Shown here piece after piece: positions 1-12,400 of a stretch of DNA of 64,000 nt. The number at the start of each line of letters is the position of its first letter. The stretch's first letter is position 1. Position numbers and translations under genes: made by a program. Where the stretch lies: the NCBI GenBank assembly GCA_963665115.1, contig OY762007.1, positions 1,088,001-1,152,000 of the forward strand. The letters run 5' to 3'. The notes beneath the pieces are model-generated. The model ran no database searches and was not told where the DNA came from. It worked only from the letters and a program-made list of their open reading frames with translations. This DNA comes from an uncultured Rivularia sp. (GTDB lineage: Bacteria > Cyanobacteriota > Cyanobacteriia > Cyanobacteriales > Nostocaceae).

Positions 1-180
1 CTTGTTCGCTCGTTACGATCGGGGAGCGAGACGTTGCTACTACCAATAATATTACCCATCAAAATAAAAAAATAATGCTGGGTTGAGTAGAAGTTATATT
101 CCTTTCTCAGCCCACCTAAAGGCTGCATCAAAGTTGCCACAAAATTAATTAGAAGTCGATTATTACTTGCACAACTGTTT

Positions 181-612
181 ATGGAAAACTTAAGCGTATC
201 GGGAACACTAGACTCTTTGAAAGCAATTGCAGACTATGTAGTCGAAGCTGCAAAAGCTGCTGGTTTGGATAAAAAATCCACCTACAGATTACGTTTAGCT
301 GTAGATGAAGTTGCTACTAATATCATTACGCATGGTTATGAAGAAGCAAATTTGTCAGGCAAGTTAGATTTATTTGCTGATATTAATGACTCAGCTTTAA
401 CTCTTTCAGTAGAGGATACTGGAGCTAGATACGACCCTTACAAAGAGCGTAGCGTTGAAGAAGATTTTGATAAGCCTTTAGAAGAACGTGCTATGGGTGG
501 TTTAGGAGTATATTTAGCAATTCAAGGTGTCGATAAGTATTTTTATGAGCGGGTAGGAGAGCGAAATAGAAATATTTTTGTGGTAAATTGTCCAGCCGCT
601 GTAGCTATGTAA
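181..612 (+). CDS. RsbW-like anti-sigma factor / Ser kinase (HATPase_c_2)
   Basis: LAVDEVATNIITHG (N-box), VEDTG (G1) and GGLGVYL (G2) motifs; adjacent to a PP2C phosphatase. Confidence 0.85.
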   Translation: MENLSVSGTLDSLKAIADYVVEAAKAAGLDKKSTYRLRLAVDEVATNIITHGYEEANLSGKLDLFADINDSALTLSVEDTGARYDPYKERSVEEDFDKPLEERAMGGLGVYLAIQGVDKYFYERVGERNRNIFVVNCPAAVAM

Positions 613-913
613 TGTCCTGGGTTGGATACAGTACAAATTTTGTTTGTAAAAATTAGGACGGGCAGGGATGCTCATCATCTCACTAATATTGTTGAATAAG
701 AGTGAAATTTGTTCTAGATCCTTCCCCGTAAATATTCCGAGCGACTTTAATCTTTGTAAAACGCCTGTCAATGCGGATTGCATTTAAAAAATCTCTTCTC
801 AAAATTTGTATCTAGGTGCGTTTCGAGCTTAAAGGGGATGGATATTGGGCATTCTCGCATAATTTAAGTTTTTGAGTTAAGTTGATTGTTTTAAACATTG
901 TTTGAAGGGGAAT

Positions 914-2359
914 ATGGGCGTTAGAAATCAATACGAAAAAGTCGATTATACAGAATTACAATTACTACGTCGGGAAATAGCAGAACTTAGAAATGAAGCT
1001 GCTGCTTTCAAGGCACAAAGTAAACTGCTGGAAAACTTGATATCAATAGCGGGTTCTTCTACAGAAGGGGAAGTATTAAAAGCAGCATTACAAACTACAT
1101 TAGATGTTGCTACAGAACAAACTAACTCGGAGAAAGGAAGTTTATTTCTACTTAGTTCTTCTGGAAAGGTGACTGACGCAATTTTATCGCGCACGGAAGT
1201 TACACCAGAAACGCGAAAAAAACTAATTGGTAATGTATTAGATAAAGGTTTAGCTGGCTGGGTAATTCGCAATCGTCAAATCGGATTAATTACAGATACC
1301 GAAGAAGATGAGCGCTGGTTAACTTTACCCAATCAGCCTTATGTTGTGCGTTCGGCTTTAGGAGTTCCTATTCTTAGTGGTAAAGAATTATTAGGTATTA
1401 TCAGCCTATTACATTCAGAACCAAGACATTTTAGTGAAGAAACGGCTCGTCTGATGCAGCTAACTGCCAATCAAATGGCTTTAGTAATAGAAAATGCTCG
1501 TCTTTACTCCAAACTCGATAAATATTCCAAAGCACTCGATGCCGAACTAGAAAAAGGACGGCAAATTCAAATTGATTTTCTGCCTTACGAAATTATTCAA
1601 AAACCTAATTTGGAAGTAGTAGCTTGTTTTCATCCCGCTCGTCAGGTGGCTGGAGATTTTTATGATACTTTCGAGATTGACAACAATCATGTAGGGCTGG
1701 TAATCGCCGATGTATGTGATAAAGGTGTAGGTGCGGCATTATTTATGGCATTGATGCGTAGTATAATGCGTATTTTTTCATCGCAGAATCAATTACTAGA
1801 AATTCCGTTAACTATCTTAGAAGAAAATCAACCTGTTCAGGCTGAATGGATTGGTGATTTGCATACAAAATTGGTTCATTATAAAGCTCTACAAGCAGTT
1901 TCTCAAACTAATGAATATGTTGCCCAAAATCATTGGCAAATGAGTATGTTTGCTACAATGTTCTTCGGAGTATTAGAGCCAAAAACTGGAGTCCTTACCT
2001 ATATTAACGGAGGGCACGAGCCGCTTTTTATTATCAATAATTCTGGAATAAAGCAAACTCTCAAATCCACGGGACCAGCGGTAGGAATGATGCCCGGAAT
2101 GGAGTTTAAAATGGGGCAAATTCAACTCGAAGAGGGGGACATATTAATTGGTTATACTGACGGTGTAACTGAAGGAAAAAACCCCGAAGGTAAGTTATTT
2201 ACAGATAAAAGATTGCAAACACTTTTAGAACAGCCATCACCTTCTGCTTCTGAATTACTTGAACGTGTTAAAAGCAATTTATTTAATTTTATTGACGACG
2301 CACCACAGTTTGATGATATTACGATGTTAGCAGTGCGATGGACTCCATTCACAAAGTAG
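914..2359 (+). CDS. GAF + SpoIIE/RsbU-type PP2C phosphatase
   Basis: GAF region followed by VAGDFYD, IADVCDKG, YTDGVTE and DDIT motifs. ATG at 914 (ORF track starts at TTG 902). Confidence 0.9.
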   Translation: MGVRNQYEKVDYTELQLLRREIAELRNEAAAFKAQSKLLENLISIAGSSTEGEVLKAALQTTLDVATEQTNSEKGSLFLLSSSGKVTDAILSRTEVTPETRKKLIGNVLDKGLAGWVIRNRQIGLITDTEEDERWLTLPNQPYVVRSALGVPILSGKELLGIISLLHSEPRHFSEETARLMQLTANQMALVIENARLYSKLDKYSKALDAELEKGRQIQIDFLPYEIIQKPNLEVVACFHPARQVAGDFYDTFEIDNNHVGLVIADVCDKGVGAALFMALMRSIMRIFSSQNQLLEIPLTILEENQPVQAEWIGDLHTKLVHYKALQAVSQTNEYVAQNHWQMSMFATMFFGVLEPKTGVLTYINGGHEPLFIINNSGIKQTLKSTGPAVGMMPGMEFKMGQIQLEEGDILIGYTDGVTEGKNPEGKLFTDKRLQTLLEQPSPSASELLERVKSNLFNFIDDAPQFDDITMLAVRWTPFTK

Positions 2360-2397
2360 GAGTTAGGAGTTTTCATATTTTATTTTTAATCATTAAT

Positions 2398-2428
2398 AAA
2401 CCCGGTTTTTTGAAAAGCCGGGTTTTTT
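2398..2428. terminator. Probable bidirectional intrinsic terminator
   Basis: aaacccgg-ttttttgaaaag-ccgggttttt between convergent genes. Confidence 0.6.
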
Positions 2429-2446
2429 AATATTTCAGAGTTTAGA

Positions 2447-5400
2447 TTAGTTTTCCGCAGAAAATCTTTCACAATCAACGGAAGAAAGCATAGAACTTTG
2501 TGAATTATTCTCAGGCATTTTCGCAACAAATATCACATTACCTTCATCATCAACTACCCATCCAGTAGCTTCGACAATTTGATTTGTTTGATTATCAGTA
2601 CTAACATTGCTAAATTCATTCCTAATATTAGATGAAGATTCTTCTGTTGGTACTAAATCAAATAAGTCTGTATATGTTGTTTCCCCGTTAAATAAATCAT
2701 CGGGGTTTTGTGGTAATCCACCCTTTCCACTAACGACAAAATTGTTTCCGTTGCTAGCAGCACATCCAGCTTTAATTCCAGTTGCTCCGACTAAAGTTGA
2801 CGGTAATTCTACCAAACCAGAAGCAGGATTTACGTTAAGTTGATCTACCGTGACTTCTCCGTTTAAACCAAATTTTGAACTTGCTGTAATATCGCTTTTA
2901 GACGTATTTTGCTCGCGAAATACTAAGCCAAATATATTTTGAGTGGTAATATCAATATCACCACCATTTCCTTGATTTGCATTTGCAATAATATCGCTAT
3001 TTTCAAACGGTAATCCAATCACAAAACCTTGGGAATTATTAATAGTAATATTACCACCGTTAGCAGTATCAAAAGCTGCGGCAGAAATTAAACTATTGTT
3101 TCGCATCAGCAACAAATCTTTGATAGAAAGTGTGATATTAGCACCTTCGGAACCGTCTCCAATTCCAGTTTCGGCTGTTAATTTACCTTGATTTATAAAT
3201 AAATTTTCTGCTGTAATATTTAAGTTTCCTGCTTGTCCTTTTGAACTGCTTACCGTTACTTGAGCTTCATTACTAATTGTAAATTGACTGGTTTTAACTG
3301 TTGCCGAGCCAGCAATTCCACCTTCACTCGATTGTACTGAAAAACCACCTTTTCCAGTTAATTCGATAGATTCTGCGGCGTTAATATCTATATCTCCTGC
3401 AACACCATTAAGAGTAGAAGCAGAAATTTCACTGTTATTTAACTTTAATGAGTTTAAACCATCTAAAGTAATGTTTCCACCATTTCCTGATTCTGTAGTT
3501 GCAGATATTATTCCTTGGTTAGTCAGATTTACATCCGACACTTCAATAAATATAAACCCTGCATCTCCGCTACCTTTACTACTAACTGTTACTTGCCCTT
3601 TGTCATTTAATGTGAGTTTGTTCGCAGTTAGTTTAACAAAGCCAGCATTACCTTGACTTGAAGCTTGGGAACCCAAAGCACTACCACTCTCAATCTGAAT
3701 CGAATCCGTAGCATTCACAGTTACATCTCCTGCTTCACCATCTTTTGTAGAAGCAGAAATAAGACTATTATTACTAACTAGTAAGGATTTTATATTCAAA
3801 AAATCAATTTCCCCACCACTTCCTGTTGGAGTCTCAGCAATAATTTTTGATTGATTATTAACACTCACAGCACCACCCGTGACTTTTAAATCTCCCGCTT
3901 CTCCATTTCCTTGGCTGCTAACTGATACTAATGAATCATTATCAATTGAAAATATTGGTGTAGAAATATTCAAATTTCCAGCTTCACCATTACCTTTTGA
4001 TTCTGCCGTGAGTTTACTACCGCGATTGACAGTTACTGATTCAGTTGCATTAATAGTAAAATCTCCACCTTCACCATCTTTTGTAGAAGCAGAGATTGAG
4101 CTACCGTTATCCAATTCTAAGGTTTTTAAGTTTTGTAAGTTAATATCCCCACCATCATCTTTTAATAGAGTTTCAACTTGGGTTTCAGCAAAGATTTTGG
4201 CTCCATTATCCAGTTTCATATTACTGGCATTTACTTGCAATTCCCCTGCATTTCCAGTACCTCGATTACTGACAGATATTATTGCATTATTATCAAGATT
4301 AAATTGTGATGTTGTAATAGCGATATTACCTGCTTTACCAACTCCCGTAGCTTCTGCTATTACACCACTGCCGCTATCTATATTTATGGATTCAGTGGCA
4401 CTAATATTGACATTTCCACTTATACCATTAGTTGTTGAAGCAGATATCAGGCTACCATCACTTAACTGCAAGGTTTTTAAATCTTCTAGTTCAATATCTC
4501 CACCATTTCCAGAAACAGTCGTCGCGAATATTTCTCCTTTGTTAGTAAGAGTAACATTGTTAGCTTTAATTGAGATAAAACCTGGTTGTATCGTGTCTAA
4601 GCTACTGACGGTAACTTGGGATTTATCGCTAATGCTTAATTTATCGGTGAATATGTTTATAAAACCAGCTTCCCCTAAACCGACTGCTCCTGATGCAACT
4701 TTACTATTATTAGCAATTTTTACCTCATCAGAAGCGTTAAGAATAATATCACCTGCTTCGCTATCTCGTGTAGTCGCAGAAATTTCACTATTATCTAGGA
4801 TAATTGAAATCGCATTAAGATTGATGTTACCTAGTAGGACTAAATTTCCACCAGGATTTCGATCGGATTCACTTTTAAGACTAGAACCATCGACTACAGA
4901 AATAATACCACCACTATTAAGAAAGATGTTACCGCTAGATAATGTTTGTGAATTAGTTGTAATTTGACTGCTAATAATGTCAATATTATTTCGTGAATCA
5001 AAAATAATTTGTCCCGCATTTCCTAAAATGCTATCGGTATTAATATTTCCTTCAACTCTAATATTTCCCCCAGTTAAACTACTGTTAGGATTATATTGAT
5101 TGCTTAAAAACACTAAACCATCAGCACTATCAACTCTAATATTTCCACTAATAACTATATCGCTACTGCTTCCACTTCCCCCCGTATTCGGATTCCTCGG
5201 AGAAAAACGACCATTTCCAATAACACCAGGAGTACCAAATGCAGTAGTACCCGCTCGAATATCTAAAGTTGCTTGATTTTTTCCATTAATATCTAAACTT
5301 TCACCATTAGAAAGAGTAACCGTTTCTTCCAAACCATTCGCACCATCTGCACCCGTAATCGTCACATCACCCGCAATATTGACGCTTCCCCCAGCCAAAA

Positions 5401-6403
5401 TATGCAATGATGCACCAGTATAACTATCAAAACTGACATTACCACTAGCTCTTATTATTGGATCTTTGGGACTTTCTAAATCCCCCAAACTTCCATTTAA
5501 TTTTTCAATTCTGAAACTTCCACCACTAAAATAGCGAGCATCACCAAGTACTGGATTTGAGCTTCGTAAAATTAAATCATTTCCAGAAAATAAACCACTT
5601 GAAGGATGATTTAATGCAAAAATATCTACAGTTTGATTTGCTTGTAAGAATAAATCAGAACCAGCATCAGCGATAAAGGGTGAGGTTTCATTATCGCGAA
5701 TTTCTAAAGTATCGCTTGCTTGCAATTTCAGGTCAGAATCAGCATTCAACTCTCCGGTTAAATTAAGATTTTTTCCTATCAAGTTTAAATCTTTCCCAAC
5801 AGTTAAATTACCTTGATTAATAATATCTGCTTGTTGAGAGCGAGGATATTGTAAACCAGGAGTAAGATTTACCTTTAGTAACGGTACAGAAGACGGATTT
5901 GTTGCGCTAAATTCAAAACCATTATTAAATAAAATACTCTCAGCGGTGGTTGCAGTAAACGAACCAGAAATATCTAAACTTGCACCTTTACCAAAAATAA
6001 TTCCATTGGGATTGAGTAAAAATAAATTAGCATTACCTAATACTCCCAACTTACCAAAAATCTGAGAGGGATTTTTTCCAGTAACCCGAGTCAGGATATT
6101 TTCTATTGCAGTTGGATTGCTAAAATAAACGCTTTTACCGCGATCAATATTGAATTCTTTAAAACTATGAAATAAATTAGAGCCGCGAATTGTACCACCA
6201 TCAATTCTTTGCAACAATTTGGAGGGATTAACTATAGAATTTTCTTTTCCCAGAGTATTATCTGGTGTTAATTGTGCATTTACGGGAAATGCTGCTGGAA
6301 GTAATAATGTAACTGATAAACCGAATAATATACTATAGCGATGAAACATAAAGAAACGGTTCCCGAAAACTCTTTGACTAACCAATTCATTCAAAGGCGA
6401 CAT
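2447..6403 (-). CDS. Filamentous haemagglutinin-family (TpsA-like) beta-helix exoprotein
   Basis: Signal peptide, TPS domain (NLFHSFKEF, NLFLLNPNGIIFG), GxAGxIxI repeats and the cyanobacterial C-terminus (GKGGLP...IVEATGW). Start uncertain (6418/6403/6349). Confidence 0.9.
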   Translation of the reverse strand: MSPLNELVSQRVFGNRFFMFHRYSILFGLSVTLLLPAAFPVNAQLTPDNTLGKENSIVNPSKLLQRIDGGTIRGSNLFHSFKEFNIDRGKSVYFSNPTAIENILTRVTGKNPSQIFGKLGVLGNANLFLLNPNGIIFGKGASLDISGSFTATTAESILFNNGFEFSATNPSSVPLLKVNLTPGLQYPRSQQADIINQGNLTVGKDLNLIGKNLNLTGELNADSDLKLQASDTLEIRDNETSPFIADAGSDLFLQANQTVDIFALNHPSSGLFSGNDLILRSSNPVLGDARYFSGGSFRIEKLNGSLGDLESPKDPIIRASGNVSFDSYTGASLHILAGGSVNIAGDVTITGADGANGLEETVTLSNGESLDINGKNQATLDIRAGTTAFGTPGVIGNGRFSPRNPNTGGSGSSSDIVISGNIRVDSADGLVFLSNQYNPNSSLTGGNIRVEGNINTDSILGNAGQIIFDSRNNIDIISSQITTNSQTLSSGNIFLNSGGIISVVDGSSLKSESDRNPGGNLVLLGNINLNAISIILDNSEISATTRDSEAGDIILNASDEVKIANNSKVASGAVGLGEAGFINIFTDKLSISDKSQVTVSSLDTIQPGFISIKANNVTLTNKGEIFATTVSGNGGDIELEDLKTLQLSDGSLISASTTNGISGNVNISATESINIDSGSGVIAEATGVGKAGNIAITTSQFNLDNNAIISVSNRGTGNAGELQVNASNMKLDNGAKIFAETQVETLLKDDGGDINLQNLKTLELDNGSSISASTKDGEGGDFTINATESVTVNRGSKLTAESKGNGEAGNLNISTPIFSIDNDSLVSVSSQGNGEAGDLKVTGGAVSVNNQSKIIAETPTGSGGEIDFLNIKSLLVSNNSLISASTKDGEAGDVTVNATDSIQIESGSALGSQASSQGNAGFVKLTANKLTLNDKGQVTVSSKGSGDAGFIFIEVSDVNLTNQGIISATTESGNGGNITLDGLNSLKLNNSEISASTLNGVAGDIDINAAESIELTGKGGFSVQSSEGGIAGSATVKTSQFTISNEAQVTVSSSKGQAGNLNITAENLFINQGKLTAETGIGDGSEGANITLSIKDLLLMRNNSLISAAAFDTANGGNITINNSQGFVIGLPFENSDIIANANQGNGGDIDITTQNIFGLVFREQNTSKSDITASSKFGLNGEVTVDQLNVNPASGLVELPSTLVGATGIKAGCAASNGNNFVVSGKGGLPQNPDDLFNGETTYTDLFDLVPTEESSSNIRNEFSNVSTDNQTNQIVEATGWVVDDEGNVIFVAKMPENNSQSSMLSSVDCERFSAEN

Positions 6404-6471
6404 TTTTAGAGTTCCCAAATGTAGAGAGAAAGTAACACCGTTTTAATACGAGTTATAAGATATTCTCTAAA

Positions 6472-9400
6472 TTATCTTCTTTGATATTCACCGACAGCAG
6501 AAAATCTTTCACAATCAACGGAAGAAAGCATAGAACTTTGTGAATTATTCTCAGGCATTTTCGCAACAAATATCACATCACCTTCATCATCAACTACCCA
6601 TCCAGTAGCTTCGACAATTTGATTTGTTTGATTATCAGTACTAACATTGCTAAATTCATTCCTAATATTAGATGAAGATTCTTCTGTTGGGACTAAATCA
6701 AATAAGTCTGTATATGTTGTTTCCCCGTTAAATAAATCATCGGGGTTTTGTGGTAATCCACCCTTTCCACTAACAATAAAATTGTTTCCGTTGCTAGCAG
6801 CACATCCAGCCTTGATTCCAGTTGTTCCAACTAAAGTTGATGGTAATTCGATCAAACCCGAAGCAGGATTTACGTTAAGTTGATCTACCGTTACTTCTCC
6901 GTTTAAACCAAATTTTGAACTTGCTGTAATATCGCTTTTGAGTGTTTTTTTCTCGCGAAATACTAAGCCAAAAATATTTTGAGTGGTGATATCAATATTT
7001 CCGCCATTTCCTTGATTTGCATTCGCTGTAACATCGCTATTTTCAAACGGTAATGCAATGATAAAACCTTGGGAATTATTTATAGTAATATTACCTCCAT
7101 TCGCAGTATCAAATGCTTCTGCGGAAATTAAACTATTGTTTCGCATCTGCAACAAATCTTGGATATAAAGCATGATATTAGCACCTTCCGAACCGTCTCC
7201 AATTCCAGTTTCGGCTGTTAATGTACCTTGATTTATAAATAGATTTTCTGTCGTAATTTCTAAATTTCCTGCTTGCCCTAACTTACTACTAACAGTTACT
7301 TGAGCTTCATCCTTAATGTTAAATTGACTGGTTTGAACTGTTACCGAACCTGCTGTTCCACCTTCACTCGATTGTACTGAAAAACCACCTTTACCGATCA
7401 ATTCTATAGATTCTGAAGCGTTAATGTTTAAATTACCAGCTGTACCGTCAACTGTAGATGCTGAAATTTCACTGTTGTTTAATTTTAATGAGTTTAAACC
7501 ATCTAAAGTAATATCACCACCATTTCCTGATTCTGTAGTAGCCGATATTGTTCCTTGATTATTTAAGTTTACATCGTTGGCATTAATTAATAGATAACCC
7601 GCATTACCACTACCTTTACTACTAACTGTTGCTTGAGATTTATCGCTGAAGCTTAATTTATTGGTGGTTACTTCTAAAAAACCTGCTTTACCGTTACCAG
7701 TTGCAGCTGATTCGAGTTTACTACTACTTTCAATTTTCACTTCATCGGAAGCATTAATTGTGATAAAACCAGCTTTACCATCAACTGTAGAAGCGGAAAT
7801 GTCAGCATTATTACTCAAAATTAGCGAATTTAAATTATCTAGAGTAATATCACCGCTAATACCATTATCTGTAGTAGCAGATATTTTTGCTTCGTTATTA
7901 AGATTTACACTACCAGCTTCGATTAATATATAACCTGGAATTTGACTATCCTTACTACTTACTGTTGCTTGGGAGTTATCGCTTATAGTTAACTTGTTAG
8001 TAGTAATCTCTAAAAAACCGGCTTCTCCATTACCAATTGCAGCTGATTCAAGTTTACTATTACTTTCAATTTTTACTTTATCGGAAGAATTAATTGTAAT
8101 ATTACCTGCTTTACCATCAACTGTAGAAGCGGAAATGTCAGCATTATTACTCAAAATTAGCGAATTTAAATTATCTAAAGTAATATCACCGCTAATACCA
8201 TTATCTGTAGTAGCAGATATTTTTGCTTGGTTATTAAGATTGACATTCGACGCTTTAATCAATACATAACCTGCATTTCCACTACCTTTAGTACTAACTG
8301 TTACTTGAGAGTTATCGCTAATATTTAACTTGTCGGTGGTTATGTCTATAAAACCTGCTATTCCTGTACCAACTGCTCCCGATGCAATTGTACTATCAGT
8401 TTCAATTCTTACTTCATCTTTAGCGTTGATAATAATATCCCCAGCTTCTCCATCAACTGTAGTGGCACTAATTAAGCTATCTCCCTTTACTAGCAAGGTG
8501 TTTAAGTTTCGTAATTCAATATCTCCACTAATACCATCATCTGTTTCTGATGTAAGTTTGGCTTGGTTATCAAGAATGATACTATCAGCAGTAATTATCA
8601 AATCACCTGCTGATTTCTTACTATTAACACTAGCTCGTGACTTATTAATAATGTTAAGTTGTCTGGTGGTGATTTGTAATTCTCCTGCTATTCCTTCACC
8701 TGTTGCTTCTGATGTTATATTACTTGCATCAAAAAGGTTAATGTCTTTCGCATCGATAATTACATCTCCTGCTTTTCCATCAACTGTTGATGCAGAAATT
8801 TGACTATTTTGGTTTAATTGTAGCGATTCCAAGTTATCAAATCGAATATTTCCGCTAATGCCAGATTCTGTTTCAGTTGCGATTTTTGCTTGATTATTAA
8901 TATTTACAATTTTTGCATCTACTAATAAATTACCGGCGTTACTATTTCCTTTACTACTAACAGTTAATTCTGCACCATTGGCAATATTTAATTGTGGTGT
9001 ATTAATCTCAATATTTCCTGCGTTCCCAGTTCCTTCAGTACGGGCAAATATTCCGGAAGCTGCACCAGACGTGACAGTGCTTGTAGCTATACTTGGAGTT
9101 TCAAGAGAAATTTGCAACCCATAATTAATACCGTTAAAAGAAGTAGGAATTCCACTACCATCAGCTTGGTTAACTTTAATCAAATAAGTACCAGGCTCTG
9201 TAAAAGTATATCTCAGATATGGATCTAATCCACCGTCAAGTGACCAACTACCTCCTGCACCTAAGTTATCAGAAGAATTATCGCTCGATGTCAATTCATT
9301 GCCTTGCTGGTTGAAGAGAGTTAGTTTAGCATCTAAATAGTCACTACCTGCGTAATCTACGTCAAAAACTGCTCTTGTGCCAGCTTGTTTTATTTCAATT

Positions 9401-12400
9401 GCGTAATAATCAACTGAATTATCTCCACTTGCGCCGATAGAAACATAAGGAATTCGGGTGGAGAATTCCACGTTTTGATTAAAAATATTAGGAGTATTAA
9501 TAGAAAAATCTTCTTTAGTAATCTTCTGTGCGGTATTTATAGAATTATTTGGTTCTTTTTCGGGTAATGTTTGAAGACAATTTAAAAATGTATCGCAGGA
9601 ATATAAGTTAACATCAAATTTTTGCTCGTCTATTTTGCTTGCAGTTGGACGATTCTCAAACTCAGAGTCAACTCCAGCAATATTAACATTGCCTGTGGCA
9701 TTAACAATAATTTCACCTGCTTCTCCCACCCCAAAGGTATTATTTAATATCTGTCCGCCATTTTGCACGGAAACAGTATTAGCATTAACAGTTATGTCTC
9801 CTCCATCCGATTGACTAAAAGTTTGGGCACTTAATACCCCACCATCAGCAATATTTATAATACCTGTTTCAATAGTTATATCTCCTCCTTGACCGCTATT
9901 AATTCCTTCACTAGAAGTAAAAACACCACTTAAAGAACCATCATTTCCAATGCCAATAATATCAATTGTATCGGTGACATTAAGATTAATATCACCAGAT
10001 ATACCTGCACCTTGAGTTAATGCTAATAGTTGAGAACCTCCTAACAGGGAAAAGTAATTTGAAGTGATATCAATATCACCACTATTTCCCGTTGAAGATG
10101 ATGTTGCAGCAGTCGCAATCTTGCTTTGATTTGTTAAATCAACTGCGTTAGTGACTTGCAAATTGATATTTCCGGCATTTCCCTTATCAGTTGTAAGGCT
10201 AAGAATACTGCTATTGTTATTCAGAGAAACATCTTCTGCGCGAACGTTTACATTACCTGCATTACTTGTACTATAAGTTCCGGTATCAATTAAAGAAAAG
10301 TTTTCTAATTGCAGCTTTTGAGCATCAATTTCAATATTTCCACCCTTGCCATTGGAACCAGGTTCTAAAGCTGTTAACAAACGTGAATTATCAAGGTAAA
10401 TAAGATTAGTAGAATTAAGGGATATATCACCACTATTTCCACTACCAGGGGCAGTACTAGTGATATCAGTTTGGTTTAATTCAATTGAAGGAGCTTGAAG
10501 AGAAATATTACCTGCATTGCCATTATAATCAGCATTAGCACTAATAAAACTATCAGTCAATTGCAGGGGTTCTATTAAACTTGTGAGGTAGATATCACCA
10601 CTTTCTTGAGTGCCAGAGGTAATTATAGAATCTACATTAATACCATTATTCGCTTCAAGTTTTACTGTTCCACCGCTACCTTCAGCAGATTCAGAATTTA
10701 AGGAATCGGTAGAAATATTGCCACCAGCAGTTATTGTAATTGCTCCAGCATTGCCTTGTTCTCCAGCAGAAGAATCAATATCAGCAGTTTGAATATTCCC
10801 AGCAGCAGTTAAGATAATAGAACCATTGTTACCGAATTCAGTTGAGTTCTGAATAGAATCTCTACTGTTAATAGAACCTTCAGTACTGGTAAGATTAATA
10901 TTTCCATTTCCCTCTCCACTTGAAGAAAAAATAGAACCAGATTTTGGTATATTAATATCACCAGCAGCAGTTATATTAATATCACCAGTTTTTGATGATG
11001 CTTCAGATCTTAATTTTCCTATAAAAATGTTACCATCAGTACTCGTGATGTTAATTTTTCCGGAATTTTCAGTGCTAAAACGATCTCCTGTTTCAATTCT
11101 CCCTACATCGATATCACCTTTTGCTGTAATTGTAATATCACCGCTATTAGAGCCTGAAGAATACAAAATTGGAGCTATAATACCACCTTGAGTACTGGTA
11201 AAATTAATATCTGCACCATTTGATCTAATTGTTGAACAACAGGAGGAGGAAATCTCTTGAATATTACCTAAAGCTTCAATAATTATAGAACCACCTCTTA
11301 TATCAATATCTCCTGCTAATTGAATATCTCCGCTACTTAAACTACTGTTAGGGTTATATTGATTGCTTAAAAACACTAAACCATCAGCACTATCAACTCT
11401 AATATTTCCACTAATAACTATATCGCTACTGCTTCCACTTCCCCCCGTATTCGGATTCCTCGGAGAAAAACGACCATTTCCAATAACACCAGGAGTACCA
11501 AATGCAGTAGTACCCGCTCGAATATCTAAAGTTGCTTGATTTTTCCCGTTAATATCTAAACTTTCACCATTAGAAAGAGTAACCGTTTCTTCCAAACCAT
11601 TCGCACCATCTGCACCCGTAATCGTCACATCACCCGTAATCTTGACGCTTCCCCCAGCCAAAATATGCAATGATGCACCGATATAACTATCAAAACTGAC
11701 ATCACCACTAGCTCTTATTATTGGATCTTTGGGACTTTCTAAATCCCCCAGACTTCCATTTAATTTTTCAATTCTGAAACTTCCACCACTAAAATAGCGA
11801 GCATCACCAAGCACGGGTGCAGCACTTTGCAAAATTAAATCGTTACCAGAAAATAAACCGCTTTGATGGTGGTTTAATGCAAAAATATCTATTTTTTGAT
11901 TTGCTTGTAATAATAAATTATTTCCAGCATCAGCAATAAAGGGATTGTTTGAATTATCCCTAATTTTTAAATTGTTCTGTGCTTGTAAATTTAAATCTCT
12001 ACCAACTTCTAACTCTCCAGTTAAATCAAGATTTTTTCCTATAAGGTTCAAATCTTTGCCAACAGTTAAATTACCTTGATTGCTAATATCTGCTTGTTGA
12101 TTGCGCGGATATTGTAAACCAGGAGTAAGATTTACTTTTAGTAACGGTACAGAAGACGGATTTGTTGCGCTAAATTCAAAACCATTATTAAATAAAATAC
12201 TCTCAGCGGTGGTTGCAGTAAACGAACCATAAATATCTAAACTTGCACCTTTACCAAAGATAATTCCATTAGGATTAAGTAAAAACAAATTAGCATTACC
12301 CAATACTCCCAACTTACCGAAAATGTTCGACGGATTTTTTCCAGTAACCCGAGTCAGGATATTTTCTATTGCAGTTGGATTGCTAAAATAAACGCTTTTA

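Noticed and set aside
2607..10792. Plus-strand ORFs (e.g. 3879-4967) inside the haemagglutinin genes
   Set aside because: Antisense shadows of repetitive, codon-biased genes. The same applies to the short antisense ORFs within alaS, the Gld operon and others.
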